From a virus (taxonomy: Duplodnaviria > Heunggongvirae > Uroviricota > Caudoviricetes), in IMG/VR virus record IMGVR_UViG_3300042863_001217: 64,000 nucleotides of DNA; one strand, written 5' to 3'. The stretch's first letter is position 1, and every line of letters begins with the position of its first letter. The notes below the pieces were generated by a model that saw only the letters and a program-made list of their open reading frames with translations, had not been told where the DNA came from and did no database searches. The position numbers and the translations under genes were made by a program. Below, one piece after another: positions 56,901 to 64,000 of the stretch.

Positions 56901-57824
56901 TTATTTAATACCGATCATAGCATTGGTTTTGTCACCTAGCATAGTTTCTGGTAATTTACCATTCCATTTGTTAATCCATTCTAATTGAAGTAACATTGGT
57001 GTAATAGTTTGTTGTTTTAATCTATTTGCTTCAGCTTCAGCTTTTGCAGATGCTAACATTGCAGAGGCATTACCATTTGCAGTTGCAACTTTAATTTTAG
57101 CTTGTGCTTCTGCTGTTTTAACTTCATTTTCTGCTCTTAACGCTGATTGTACTGCATTATTCTTAGCTTCAATTGATCTCTTAAATGTTTCAGGATAGAT
57201 TAAGTTAGATGTGAATTGATTAATAATAAATCCTTCTTGTAATAATTGTCCTTCTAATAGTCTTCGTACTTCTACTTCAAAAACTGCACGATTTGAAATT
57301 AACTCGTCTGCTGTATATTTATTAGTTGCCAATCGGAATGCATCATAAACCGCGGTCTTTAAGAAACCTTCTTCGATTTCTGGTAATGATCTACGATACT
57401 TTGCAAAGATAGCTGGTACTTTTTCACGTTGAACTGAATAGTTCATGATTGGTGAAACTTGAAACTCTGAACCATCTTTAGAGTTTACAATAAACGAATT
57501 ATCAATATCTTCGGTTTTCTTGTACTCTTTGTGTTGGATATAAGTAGGGAATTCATAAATCTTTGTAGTAATAGGATTATAGAATACCATACCTGTACAT
57601 TCTGTTACATCATCTACACCTTTACCACTTCCATATAAATTAACTTTTACTCCTACGTGTCCTGCGTCAATACGCTCACATGATTGAAATACTACTACTA
57701 AAGCGATAAACGCTACTACTCCGATTAAAATTTTCTTTACCATTTTTTTAATTTTTAATTGTTTGTTTAATTTTTCTTGTTCTCTTTGTTCTTGCTGGAT
57801 TTCCCAGTAGCTTTTTTCTGACAT
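56901..57824 (-). CDS. SPFH/band-7 (prohibitin/HflK-like) membrane protein
   Basis: N-terminal TM helix. C-terminal ...ENEVKTAEAQAKIKVATANGNASAMLASAKAEAEA... resembles the prohibitin/HflC signature. Confidence 0.6.
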   Translation of the reverse strand: MSEKSYWEIQQEQREQEKLNKQLKIKKMVKKILIGVVAFIALVVVFQSCERIDAGHVGVKVNLYGSGKGVDDVTECTGMVFYNPITTKIYEFPTYIQHKEYKKTEDIDNSFIVNSKDGSEFQVSPIMNYSVQREKVPAIFAKYRRSLPEIEEGFLKTAVYDAFRLATNKYTADELISNRAVFEVEVRRLLEGQLLQEGFIINQFTSNLIYPETFKRSIEAKNNAVQSALRAENEVKTAEAQAKIKVATANGNASAMLASAKAEAEANRLKQQTITPMLLQLEWINKWNGKLPETMLGDKTNAMIGIK

Positions 57825-58039
57825 TCTTCAGATTGTTTATAATTGTGAATAATTGATTTGCATCTCTCATAGATTAATAATCCAGCAGCAAATCCTACGC
57901 TGAATAATAAGATTGGACCTAAATATGCAAAATCTGATTTTGCACTCATAAGATTAAAAATCTGATCTCCCACTGGCAATAACGCAATAGTGATTGTCAA
58001 GATAATTAAAATGTCCCTAAATAGATTTTTGTAGTTCAT
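57767..58039 (-). CDS. Small membrane protein
   Basis: 90 aa, two hydrophobic segments. Confidence 0.35.
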   Translation of the reverse strand: MNYKNLFRDILIILTITIALLPVGDQIFNLMSAKSDFAYLGPILLFSVGFAAGLLIYERCKSIIHNYKQSEECQKKATGKSSKNKENKKN

Positions 58040-58068
58040 GTGTATTGTACTTGTTAATTGTAAAAAGT

Positions 58069-58275
58069 TTATTTAACGTATTTTCTAATGATTTTGGTTT
58101 CCTTCTTGTTTATAACTAAAATGTACTTTTTGTCATATTTAGTTTTATACAATTGATACCTTTGACCATCTTTAAAATACCATTCTTTGGTATAACTATA
58201 CGCTTTGATTCTTTCCTCTGCGGGTTTACATGAAAACGAGAGGATCGTCATTAAAAGTATAAGTAAGTATCTCAT
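58069..58275 (-). CDS. Small putative lipoprotein
   Basis: Signal peptide ending ...LSFSC. Confidence 0.35.
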   Translation of the reverse strand: MRYLLILLMTILSFSCKPAEERIKAYSYTKEWYFKDGQRYQLYKTKYDKKYILVINKKETKIIRKYVK

Positions 58276-58535
58276 TATTTTTCGTTAATGATTACTTGTC
58301 CTTCCATTACTCCAAAACCAGATTTCTCAGTAAAGTAATAAGTAGATGCTTCAGTGGTATCTTTTTTAGTCAAGATCCAAAGACTTGCATCTTTACCTTT
58401 CCAGGTAACATTTACTACTCGTGTTCCAGCTTCTAGGTTAATAACCTCAGTTCCACCAAATGATCTAGCTCTTTGATTTTCTGTACAAGATGCTAGTGAA
58501 ATAGCTGCGATAGCTATAATGAATAATTTTTTCAT
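58275..58535 (-). CDS. Small lipoprotein (lipobox LASC)
   Basis: MKKLFIIAIAAISLASC... Preceded (minus strand, 58545-58575) by a copy of the GTATATTTACCCTATAA module. Confidence 0.45.
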   Translation of the reverse strand: MKKLFIIAIAAISLASCTENQRARSFGGTEVINLEAGTRVVNVTWKGKDASLWILTKKDTTEASTYYFTEKSGFGVMEGQVIINEK

Positions 58536-58785
58536 TTTTAATTGTTTTTAATTGTTATAGGGTAAATATACATATAATTTTCGACATAAAAAAATATATT
58601 TTAATAAAGTTACGAACAATCTTTCTTTTTATGTTTGTCTTTACGAAAATACTTCTTTTTATTACGATAAGGCGCAGGCACTTTAAGAGCATCAAACCAT
58701 TCCTGTAATGTTATGTTAATTTTTTCTAATTTGATTTTTTTAGTCTCTTTCATGATCTACTGTTTTAATTATAAGGCTAATATAC

Positions 58786-58817
58786 TAAAAAAAGCCCAAA
58801 CTAAAAAATCTGGGCTT
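58786..58817 (-). terminator. Terminator hairpin. Copy 2 of the repeated ~60-bp element
   Basis: AGCCCAGA-ttttttag-TTTGGGCT plus T-run on the minus strand, downstream of the tRNA. Confidence 0.5.
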
Positions 58818-58891
58818 AACTATTTTTAAAAAAGTTACGAACAATTGCATATTAAACCAAAAAGACCCATCGAATGATGAGTCTTCTTTAG

Positions 58892-58965
58892 TGGAGGTGA
58901 CAGGAATCGAACCTGCGACCCTCTGCGTGCAAGGCAGATGCTCTAGCCAACTGAGCTACACCCCC
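58892..58965 (-). tRNA. tRNA-Ala: tRNA-Ala (anticodon UGC)
   Basis: Manual fold: acceptor stem GGGGGTG/CACCTCC with the G3:U70 alanine identity pair, D-arm GCTCAGTTGGCTAGAGC, anticodon loop CTTGCAC, T-arm GCAGGTTCGATTCCTGT, discriminator A. CCA is not encoded. Confidence 0.85.
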
Positions 58966-59188
58966 GCGATACTTATATATCGTATTAATTTTAGCGATGT
59001 GAGAAACTAGCCTATTCCATTTAAAACTCATATCACTTCGGGATCTAACCGCTCTAATCTCAAGTTCAGTATCAGAACCATTCTGGTATGTGTTGATTAG
59101 TAACCTTTATCGTATATATGGTGTCCACCACTTTAGCATCAGAGTGAATAAGTCTTAATGCCTACTCGAACAGTTTTTTAAGGTTTAA

Positions 59189-59362
59189 TTAGGCGTTGTT
59201 TTTCTCAGATACTTCTGTTCTAACAACTTGCGCTAAGTTTTTGATCTCTTGCATAGCTTTACGAACTCTTGTTCCAGCTGCTTTGTTTCCGTTTTCAAAG
59301 AATTTTGTTGCGTCAGCTTGAACTGCGTTTAATACTTCTTGAATTTGTGCTAATGTTTCCAT
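59189..59362 (-). CDS. Histone H1-like (Hc1-family) small DNA-binding protein, 57 aa
   Basis: Not in the ORF track because it is under 60 aa. Translation METLAQIQEVLNAVQADATKFFENGNKAAGTRVRKAMQEIKNLAQVVRTEVSEKNNA. The GNKAAGTRVRKA core resembles the bacterial Hc1 family. Confidence 0.45.
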   Translation of the reverse strand: METLAQIQEVLNAVQADATKFFENGNKAAGTRVRKAMQEIKNLAQVVRTEVSEKNNA

Positions 59363-59717
59363 GTTTTATATTTGTTTTATTTATTATATATGTTATACTG
59401 GGCTGTTCTGGTTTGTTTCAATAGTGTATGAATTAATCTTCTTCTAATAGTCCTATCCACAATGCAACATATATCCAGAAGGTATATGGTATAAGTAGGA
59501 ATATTAATCGCCATGCTATAGCTGATGTTCCGGTCGCTTTAGCAATACCACCGCAGACACCTCCAAGGTAACTGTTTGTTTTACTTCTTCTCAATTTTAT
59601 CTTTTTTTATTATGTTACCGTTTTCGTCCACTTCTGGTGCCTTATACATATGATATGCAATAAAGCATCCTGTTATCAATAAGTAACCAATGATTACTTC
59701 TACTGTATTGTTTTGTA

Positions 59718-60353
59718 TTAATCCCACCATCTTTGAATATTTTCTTCCATTAACTTAAATAACAATTTGCTTGCTCTATTATGGTTGATGTGCCCAATAT
59801 TCATTGCAATAACTTGTTTGTCATCTTCACGACCATCACGACCAAATGGACCTTCACCTGCTAAAACTCTTTTATAGATCAATGGATATTTCTTAAAGAA
59901 ATCATCAAAATTCTCTTCTAATAAACGAGATTCCCATGAGCTATAACCTTCTTTTCCTGGCACGTCTTCAAACCAATGTTTTGTTTTATGATAATCAGAG
60001 TATTCTGAGCTGTAAAAATCATCATCAATTAGTTTCATTAATCGAACGCATGTCATCATAATTTCAGCATCTCTTTGAGCTCTTGTGTGAATATCGCGGG
60101 CTCCAATATATTTTGATTGAGCTTTGATTTTGTGCATCATGATTTCAAAGATATAGTGAGAATCCCAATTACGATCTTTCCAAATGATAGGAAACCAATA
60201 AATTATATTCTTAACTCCGGTTTTGAACATCTTAGGGTAATACTTACCTTCATGATCCCACCAAAGTGGTATAAACCTAAGCTTTCTCACTATCCATGGT
60301 TTTTTGGATCTCTCTTCTTCCCATTGGTCGAATACGTCTAATTCTGGTTCCAT
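59718..60353 (-). CDS. Hypothetical protein
   Basis: 211-aa ORF. Confidence 0.45.
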   Translation of the reverse strand: MEPELDVFDQWEEERSKKPWIVRKLRFIPLWWDHEGKYYPKMFKTGVKNIIYWFPIIWKDRNWDSHYIFEIMMHKIKAQSKYIGARDIHTRAQRDAEIMMTCVRLMKLIDDDFYSSEYSDYHKTKHWFEDVPGKEGYSSWESRLLEENFDDFFKKYPLIYKRVLAGEGPFGRDGREDDKQVIAMNIGHINHNRASKLLFKLMEENIQRWWD

Positions 60354-60371
60354 CTTATTTATATTTAAATT

Positions 60372-61103
60372 TTAATTAATGTTTATGATAAAATCAAAGT
60401 CTTTTGAATATTTCTTTTTAAGTTCATTCAAGATTATCTGAGTATATATTTTAGCACCTTCTGGTGTAGTATGTGACTTATCAGTTGGTGAATAAAAGTC
60501 TTTTGCTTTATCTTGTCCAATCTCTTCTAAAAACACTGACAGTATTTCATTTGTATCTAGAAAACCAACTTTAGTTTCATTTGCAATGTCTTCCATAATT
60601 CTAGCATATTCTATTGAATAAGTTCTTTTATGGTGACCATCTTCCCATGTATTTCTTGGTATTTGACTTAAAAAATATAGTTTTGCGCCTTTGTCTTTTA
60701 CCATTTGAGCTAGTCTTCTTAGATATTCGCCAAATGTATATACCGTATACTCAACTTTATAATGTTCATCATAGACTATTTCAAATCTATCATCTTTTCC
60801 GGGTAATGATCCTCTTGCACCAAATCCACCAAAATCTGTTCTTGATAATGGTGATCTTTCTAATGTACCAAAAGATGCTAACAATATATCGTTTTCTTTA
60901 AGATTAGATACTATCAAATCTAAGATCTTAGCCTTGCGATTAAAGAAATCACGAATACCCCAACCAATCATACATTTATTTTCACTAATACATTTAGTGG
61001 TATCTAGATATTCATTGACATATTCTGCCCAACCTATCGTATCATCACTGCAATCTTTTAGTCTGGCACCAGATGTTGAATCTCCTATAACTACCAGTTT
61101 CAT
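60372..61103 (-). CDS. SGNH/GDSL-family hydrolase-like protein
   Basis: N-terminal VVIGDSTS block. Confidence 0.45.
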   Translation of the reverse strand: MKLVVIGDSTSGARLKDCSDDTIGWAEYVNEYLDTTKCISENKCMIGWGIRDFFNRKAKILDLIVSNLKENDILLASFGTLERSPLSRTDFGGFGARGSLPGKDDRFEIVYDEHYKVEYTVYTFGEYLRRLAQMVKDKGAKLYFLSQIPRNTWEDGHHKRTYSIEYARIMEDIANETKVGFLDTNEILSVFLEEIGQDKAKDFYSPTDKSHTTPEGAKIYTQIILNELKKKYSKDFDFIININ

Positions 61104-61108
61104 ATTGA

Positions 61109-61483
61109 TTATTTTGTTTTATGATTTTCTTCTAAATATTCATATAATGATTCAAATGAATAACATATTGGATTACCTTCTTTGTCGTGTGCTCCGAATC
61201 TAACTTCACCGCTTTTGTGTTCAAGTTCCATGTTACCCTCTTCGTTTATTTTATATGAATCAGATGTTGACCAATCTTTTTGACCATATTCACTGTCATG
61301 ACAAAACCAACTAAACCAATCGTAACCCTCTTCGCCATATATTTCTTTGATCAATTCTGAAATAATCTCATGATATGGATCAACAAAATTAATTAGATCT
61401 ACACCATTCGTATATAATGCGTTAATGGTTCTGTCTTCTTTTTGAAGGCTTAGAATTACTTTTAAAAATCTTTCGTATGTCAT
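61109..61483 (-). CDS. Hypothetical protein
   Basis: 124-aa ORF. Confidence 0.4.
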   Translation of the reverse strand: MTYERFLKVILSLQKEDRTINALYTNGVDLINFVDPYHEIISELIKEIYGEEGYDWFSWFCHDSEYGQKDWSTSDSYKINEEGNMELEHKSGEVRFGAHDKEGNPICYSFESLYEYLEENHKTK

Positions 61484-61695
61484 TTGTTGTCAAATTTTTC
61501 ATGGTCAATTTTACCAGTTAATTGATATGCTTGCCATAAACTAGATACTGCATCATCTATATGTTTGCCAATCTCAGATTCTATTTTTGCGACTGGATGT
61601 TGCTGTAAATGATCGTCAGCCATACACATTATAACATGTAATCTGTCTAACATTTCGTGATAATGAAACTTATCTAATTTAGGTTTGGTACTCAT
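61480..61695 (-). CDS. Hypothetical small protein
   Basis: 71-aa ORF overlapping its neighbours by 4 nt. Confidence 0.35.
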   Translation of the reverse strand: MSTKPKLDKFHYHEMLDRLHVIMCMADDHLQQHPVAKIESEIGKHIDDAVSSLWQAYQLTGKIDHEKFDNK

Positions 61696-61698
61696 TAA

Positions 61699-61899
61699 TT
61701 ATATATTTCTAGACAAAATACTAACCTCTTCCTCTTTTACTAGTTCCTCAATATCACTCCAACATAATTGAATTTCATGTGATTCTGGACTGCCTTCTTC
61801 GATTTCATCAATACATAACTGAACTAATGATTTTACCTCTTCTTTAAGTTGAGGATATTTGGTCATAACCAAATTTGCGAATTCTATTAAATTTGTCAT
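61699..61899 (-). CDS. Hypothetical small protein
   Basis: 66-aa ORF. Confidence 0.35.
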   Translation of the reverse strand: MTNLIEFANLVMTKYPQLKEEVKSLVQLCIDEIEEGSPESHEIQLCWSDIEELVKEEEVSILSRNI

Positions 61900-62324
61900 T
61901 TTTTTGTTTTTAAATTAATGTTTGCAATAATATTATCTAGTGAATGTGTAACGTTTTCCATGATCTCATCTTCCATTTCTAACCTTATTCCATTTAATTT
62001 TAAATCGAAAAAGTTTTTTAATTTAATATTGTGTGAGCCATAAAATGATATATCGTAACTATAAACATGATTTACAATTTTAAGACTTGATTCGTCTATA
62101 ATTATAAAGTAATCACCGTTTTTAACATATCTTCTGTCTAAATATGGACCTGAATATAATAATTCTGAATCCGGATCATTTAAGAGTCTCATACAAATTG
62201 TTCTTGCCTTTTGTTGAGTAGGATCTAATTTTCTACTAGAATATGCAACAGGATCAAAAGTTTTCTTAACTTTGATTTTTGCTTTTACAAAAGCTCTTTT
62301 GAAATAATGGAGTATACGTTTCAT
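61896..62324 (-). CDS. Hypothetical protein
   Basis: 142-aa ORF. Confidence 0.4.
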   Translation of the reverse strand: MKRILHYFKRAFVKAKIKVKKTFDPVAYSSRKLDPTQQKARTICMRLLNDPDSELLYSGPYLDRRYVKNGDYFIIIDESSLKIVNHVYSYDISFYGSHNIKLKNFFDLKLNGIRLEMEDEIMENVTHSLDNIIANINLKTKK

Positions 62325-62330
62325 TTTTTC

Positions 62331-62591
62331 TTAGTTTAGTTCCTCAATAATAAGTTCACTTTCGTGAGCACTTTGTATACTTAAACCATATTCATTAAAG
62401 ATGGCTTCAAACTGACTAGGATTCATTGCTATTTGAATAGCAGCATCTGAATGATCAGTACCAAGTTCAATTGCATCTTGTGGATCTATATTAATAAATC
62501 CTAAATAATTTTCATGGTTCTTATCGAATTGATAATCCTTTGAAATCATCTCGATGTATGCCCTTGTTGTAATTTTTGCTTGTTTAGCCAT
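62331..62591 (-). CDS. Hypothetical small protein
   Basis: 86-aa ORF. Confidence 0.35.
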   Translation of the reverse strand: MAKQAKITTRAYIEMISKDYQFDKNHENYLGFINIDPQDAIELGTDHSDAAIQIAMNPSQFEAIFNEYGLSIQSAHESELIIEELN

Positions 62592-62620
62592 CTTATTTTT
62601 TAGTTATACTGTTAAATTAA

Positions 62621-63253
62621 TTATTGTTTATCTTGTAATTTCTCTAATTCTTTCTCTAATCTTGAAATGCTACCCCAAATTGGATTTGCAGTTGGATCTA
62701 TTGCTATGATTTGATCTCTCAATTCAGTTTGTCTACCTCGACTATAAAATCTTTCTTCGATTGCAGATGCCAATTCTTGTAAATGATCTGGTGCCCAAAT
62801 ACTAATTCTTAAATCATAATTAGACCATTTGGTTTTCCAATCAACAAACATAATACCACCTGTAAGTTTCTTTGATAGATTGTGTAGTCTGCGATTTCTA
62901 ACTCTAACAATTGAATTATCACTACCAAATAAGTGCAAGAATCTTAAGAACCATCTTGGACACCATTTTGGTTTGGCTTCATAATCTAATGCAAGTACTA
63001 ATGGAAATAATGCTTTATAATATACACTATCTTCTCGCCAAACACTAGTTCCTAAGTATCGATATTTCTCACCGAAATTCTTTGGAAAGAAAACAGCCCA
63101 AACATCTTTGAATCTAATGTTCATTGTGCCAATCATTCCTTTAGAACGACCTTTCCAAAATATCACGCAATACAATAACATTGTAGCAAAGTCTTTTGCT
63201 TTTTTGCTAAATGGTCTATTGTCTTTAAATTCAAATTTGCTTTTCTGTTTCAT
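62621..63253 (-). CDS. Hypothetical protein
   Basis: 210-aa ORF. Confidence 0.4.
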   Translation of the reverse strand: MKQKSKFEFKDNRPFSKKAKDFATMLLYCVIFWKGRSKGMIGTMNIRFKDVWAVFFPKNFGEKYRYLGTSVWREDSVYYKALFPLVLALDYEAKPKWCPRWFLRFLHLFGSDNSIVRVRNRRLHNLSKKLTGGIMFVDWKTKWSNYDLRISIWAPDHLQELASAIEERFYSRGRQTELRDQIIAIDPTANPIWGSISRLEKELEKLQDKQ

Positions 63254-63258
63254 GTTAA

Positions 63259-63966
63259 TTATATAAAAGTTATTTCATTAGTTTCAGGATCCCAATCAAA
63301 CGTTACTGGCTTGTTTACATATTCATATCTTTCGTTTAAGATTGATGCGTTAAAGAAGTGAGTACCATTATGGAATTTGTAACCATATCCACCATGAATG
63401 TGTCCAAATACATGAATCTTAGGTGGTTGCTCGTCTACTTTTTCTCTAAGCAATTCACATCCTAAATGAGGCTCATTATATGGAGGTCCACTCATATCTA
63501 AATGATCTTGTGGTGGTCCATGTGTGATAAGAATATCTGTGTCTTTTGGAATTGCTTCCCATTTTGACATCAAACCTGGACCGCATCTTGGTAAATTAAA
63601 TGCCCAACTATAAAATTCAGGTTGCCAAGGCGTACCATAAATAACAATTTGTTGGTCATTTTCATCCCATAGATCTAATCGATTATCTTGAAGATAATCA
63701 ATGTTCTTATAAGAAGTATAAATCTCACTTGCCATTTCTGGGTCAGTTTCAAAGATTCTATCGTGGTTTCCTGCAATAAAAACTTTATTGCTATATTGCT
63801 CTAATCCTTCAAACCATTTACAAAATTGGTTAATATCCACTGGATTTCTACCAGAATTCATAATGTCTCCTGCGTGGATTAATAAGTCTCCACCTGGGAG
63901 ATCTTTAGGATCGTAAGATAACTCATCATGCTTTGTGTGAGTATCTGAAATTAATGTTATTCTCAT
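63259..63966 (-). CDS. Calcineurin-like metallophosphoesterase (Ser/Thr phosphatase-like)
   Basis: Motifs GDIMNSG, GNHD and GHIHGG in the canonical order. Confidence 0.7.
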   Translation of the reverse strand: MRITLISDTHTKHDELSYDPKDLPGGDLLIHAGDIMNSGRNPVDINQFCKWFEGLEQYSNKVFIAGNHDRIFETDPEMASEIYTSYKNIDYLQDNRLDLWDENDQQIVIYGTPWQPEFYSWAFNLPRCGPGLMSKWEAIPKDTDILITHGPPQDHLDMSGPPYNEPHLGCELLREKVDEQPPKIHVFGHIHGGYGYKFHNGTHFFNASILNERYEYVNKPVTFDWDPETNEITFI

Positions 63967-64000
63967 ATGTTATTGTTCTAATCTTTCTTTGATTTGTTCT

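Noticed and set aside
1-64000. Prophage or mobile-element boundary, integrase or transposase, CRISPR array
   Set aside because: No recombinase or transposase motif and no regularly spaced direct repeats with spacers were seen. The whole window reads as viral structural and accessory content.

Overview
This is an AT-rich (~30% GC) window that reads as one contiguous piece of a large dsDNA virus genome. I think it is most likely a large tailed bacteriophage rather than a eukaryotic virus. The reasons are hairpin plus T-run terminators, a peptidoglycan-binding/amidase endolysin, a FlgJ-type glucosaminidase, a DnaB-like ATPase, a tRNA-Ala and an Hc1-like histone. No start codon has a Shine-Dalgarno sequence; upstream regions are simply A/T-rich. 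That fits a Bacteroidota-type host, but this is an inference. I saw no integrase, transposase or CRISPR array.

Layout:
- (a) Left edge: an FkbM-like methyltransferase, followed by a 1.5-kb ORF-free region with higher GC and many palindromes and repeats.
- (b) 2.5-8.5 kb: a plus-strand cassette of about 10 mostly small ORFan genes. Each has a nearly identical ~40-bp promoter/leader module (GTGTATATTTACTCTATAATTAAAAC...ATGTCAAA). A TGTTCGTAACTTT box recurs at the gene ends.
- (c) A second ORF-free region with repeats at 8.45-9.17 kb.
- (d) Everything else is on the minus strand, and includes:
  - Three clusters of genes (about 18 in total) whose products share a conserved N-terminal decapeptide MK[HY][IA]KL[FY]E[EQ]F[IV]NE. 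This resembles the T4 capsid-targeting sequence and its L/I-x-E cleavage site. Some of these proteins carry recognisable enzymatic domains (P-loop kinase, HAD phosphatase, Nudix).
  - Two large proteins (811 and 1192 aa) that carry the same E-S-x-V-(N/T)-E motif at internal positions.
  - A virion fibre/adhesin module: a 1294-aa collagen-like protein, a vWA plus C-terminal Hint ('Vint'-like) protein, and two Pro/Thr-repeat proteins.
  - A glycan-biosynthesis island (two NAD-dependent epimerases, several putative glycosyltransferases), a KDO-8-phosphate synthase and a 1068-aa double-GT9 heptosyltransferase-like protein.
  - Lysis and other accessory functions: amidase endolysin, glucosaminidase, secreted non-specific endonuclease, thioredoxin, SPFH/band-7 protein, PD-(D/E)XK nuclease, metallophosphoesterase, SGNH hydrolase.

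The most interesting system is the expanded family of N-terminally tagged, probably capsid-packaged and ejected proteins, together with the matching internal cleavage-like motifs in the giant proteins.
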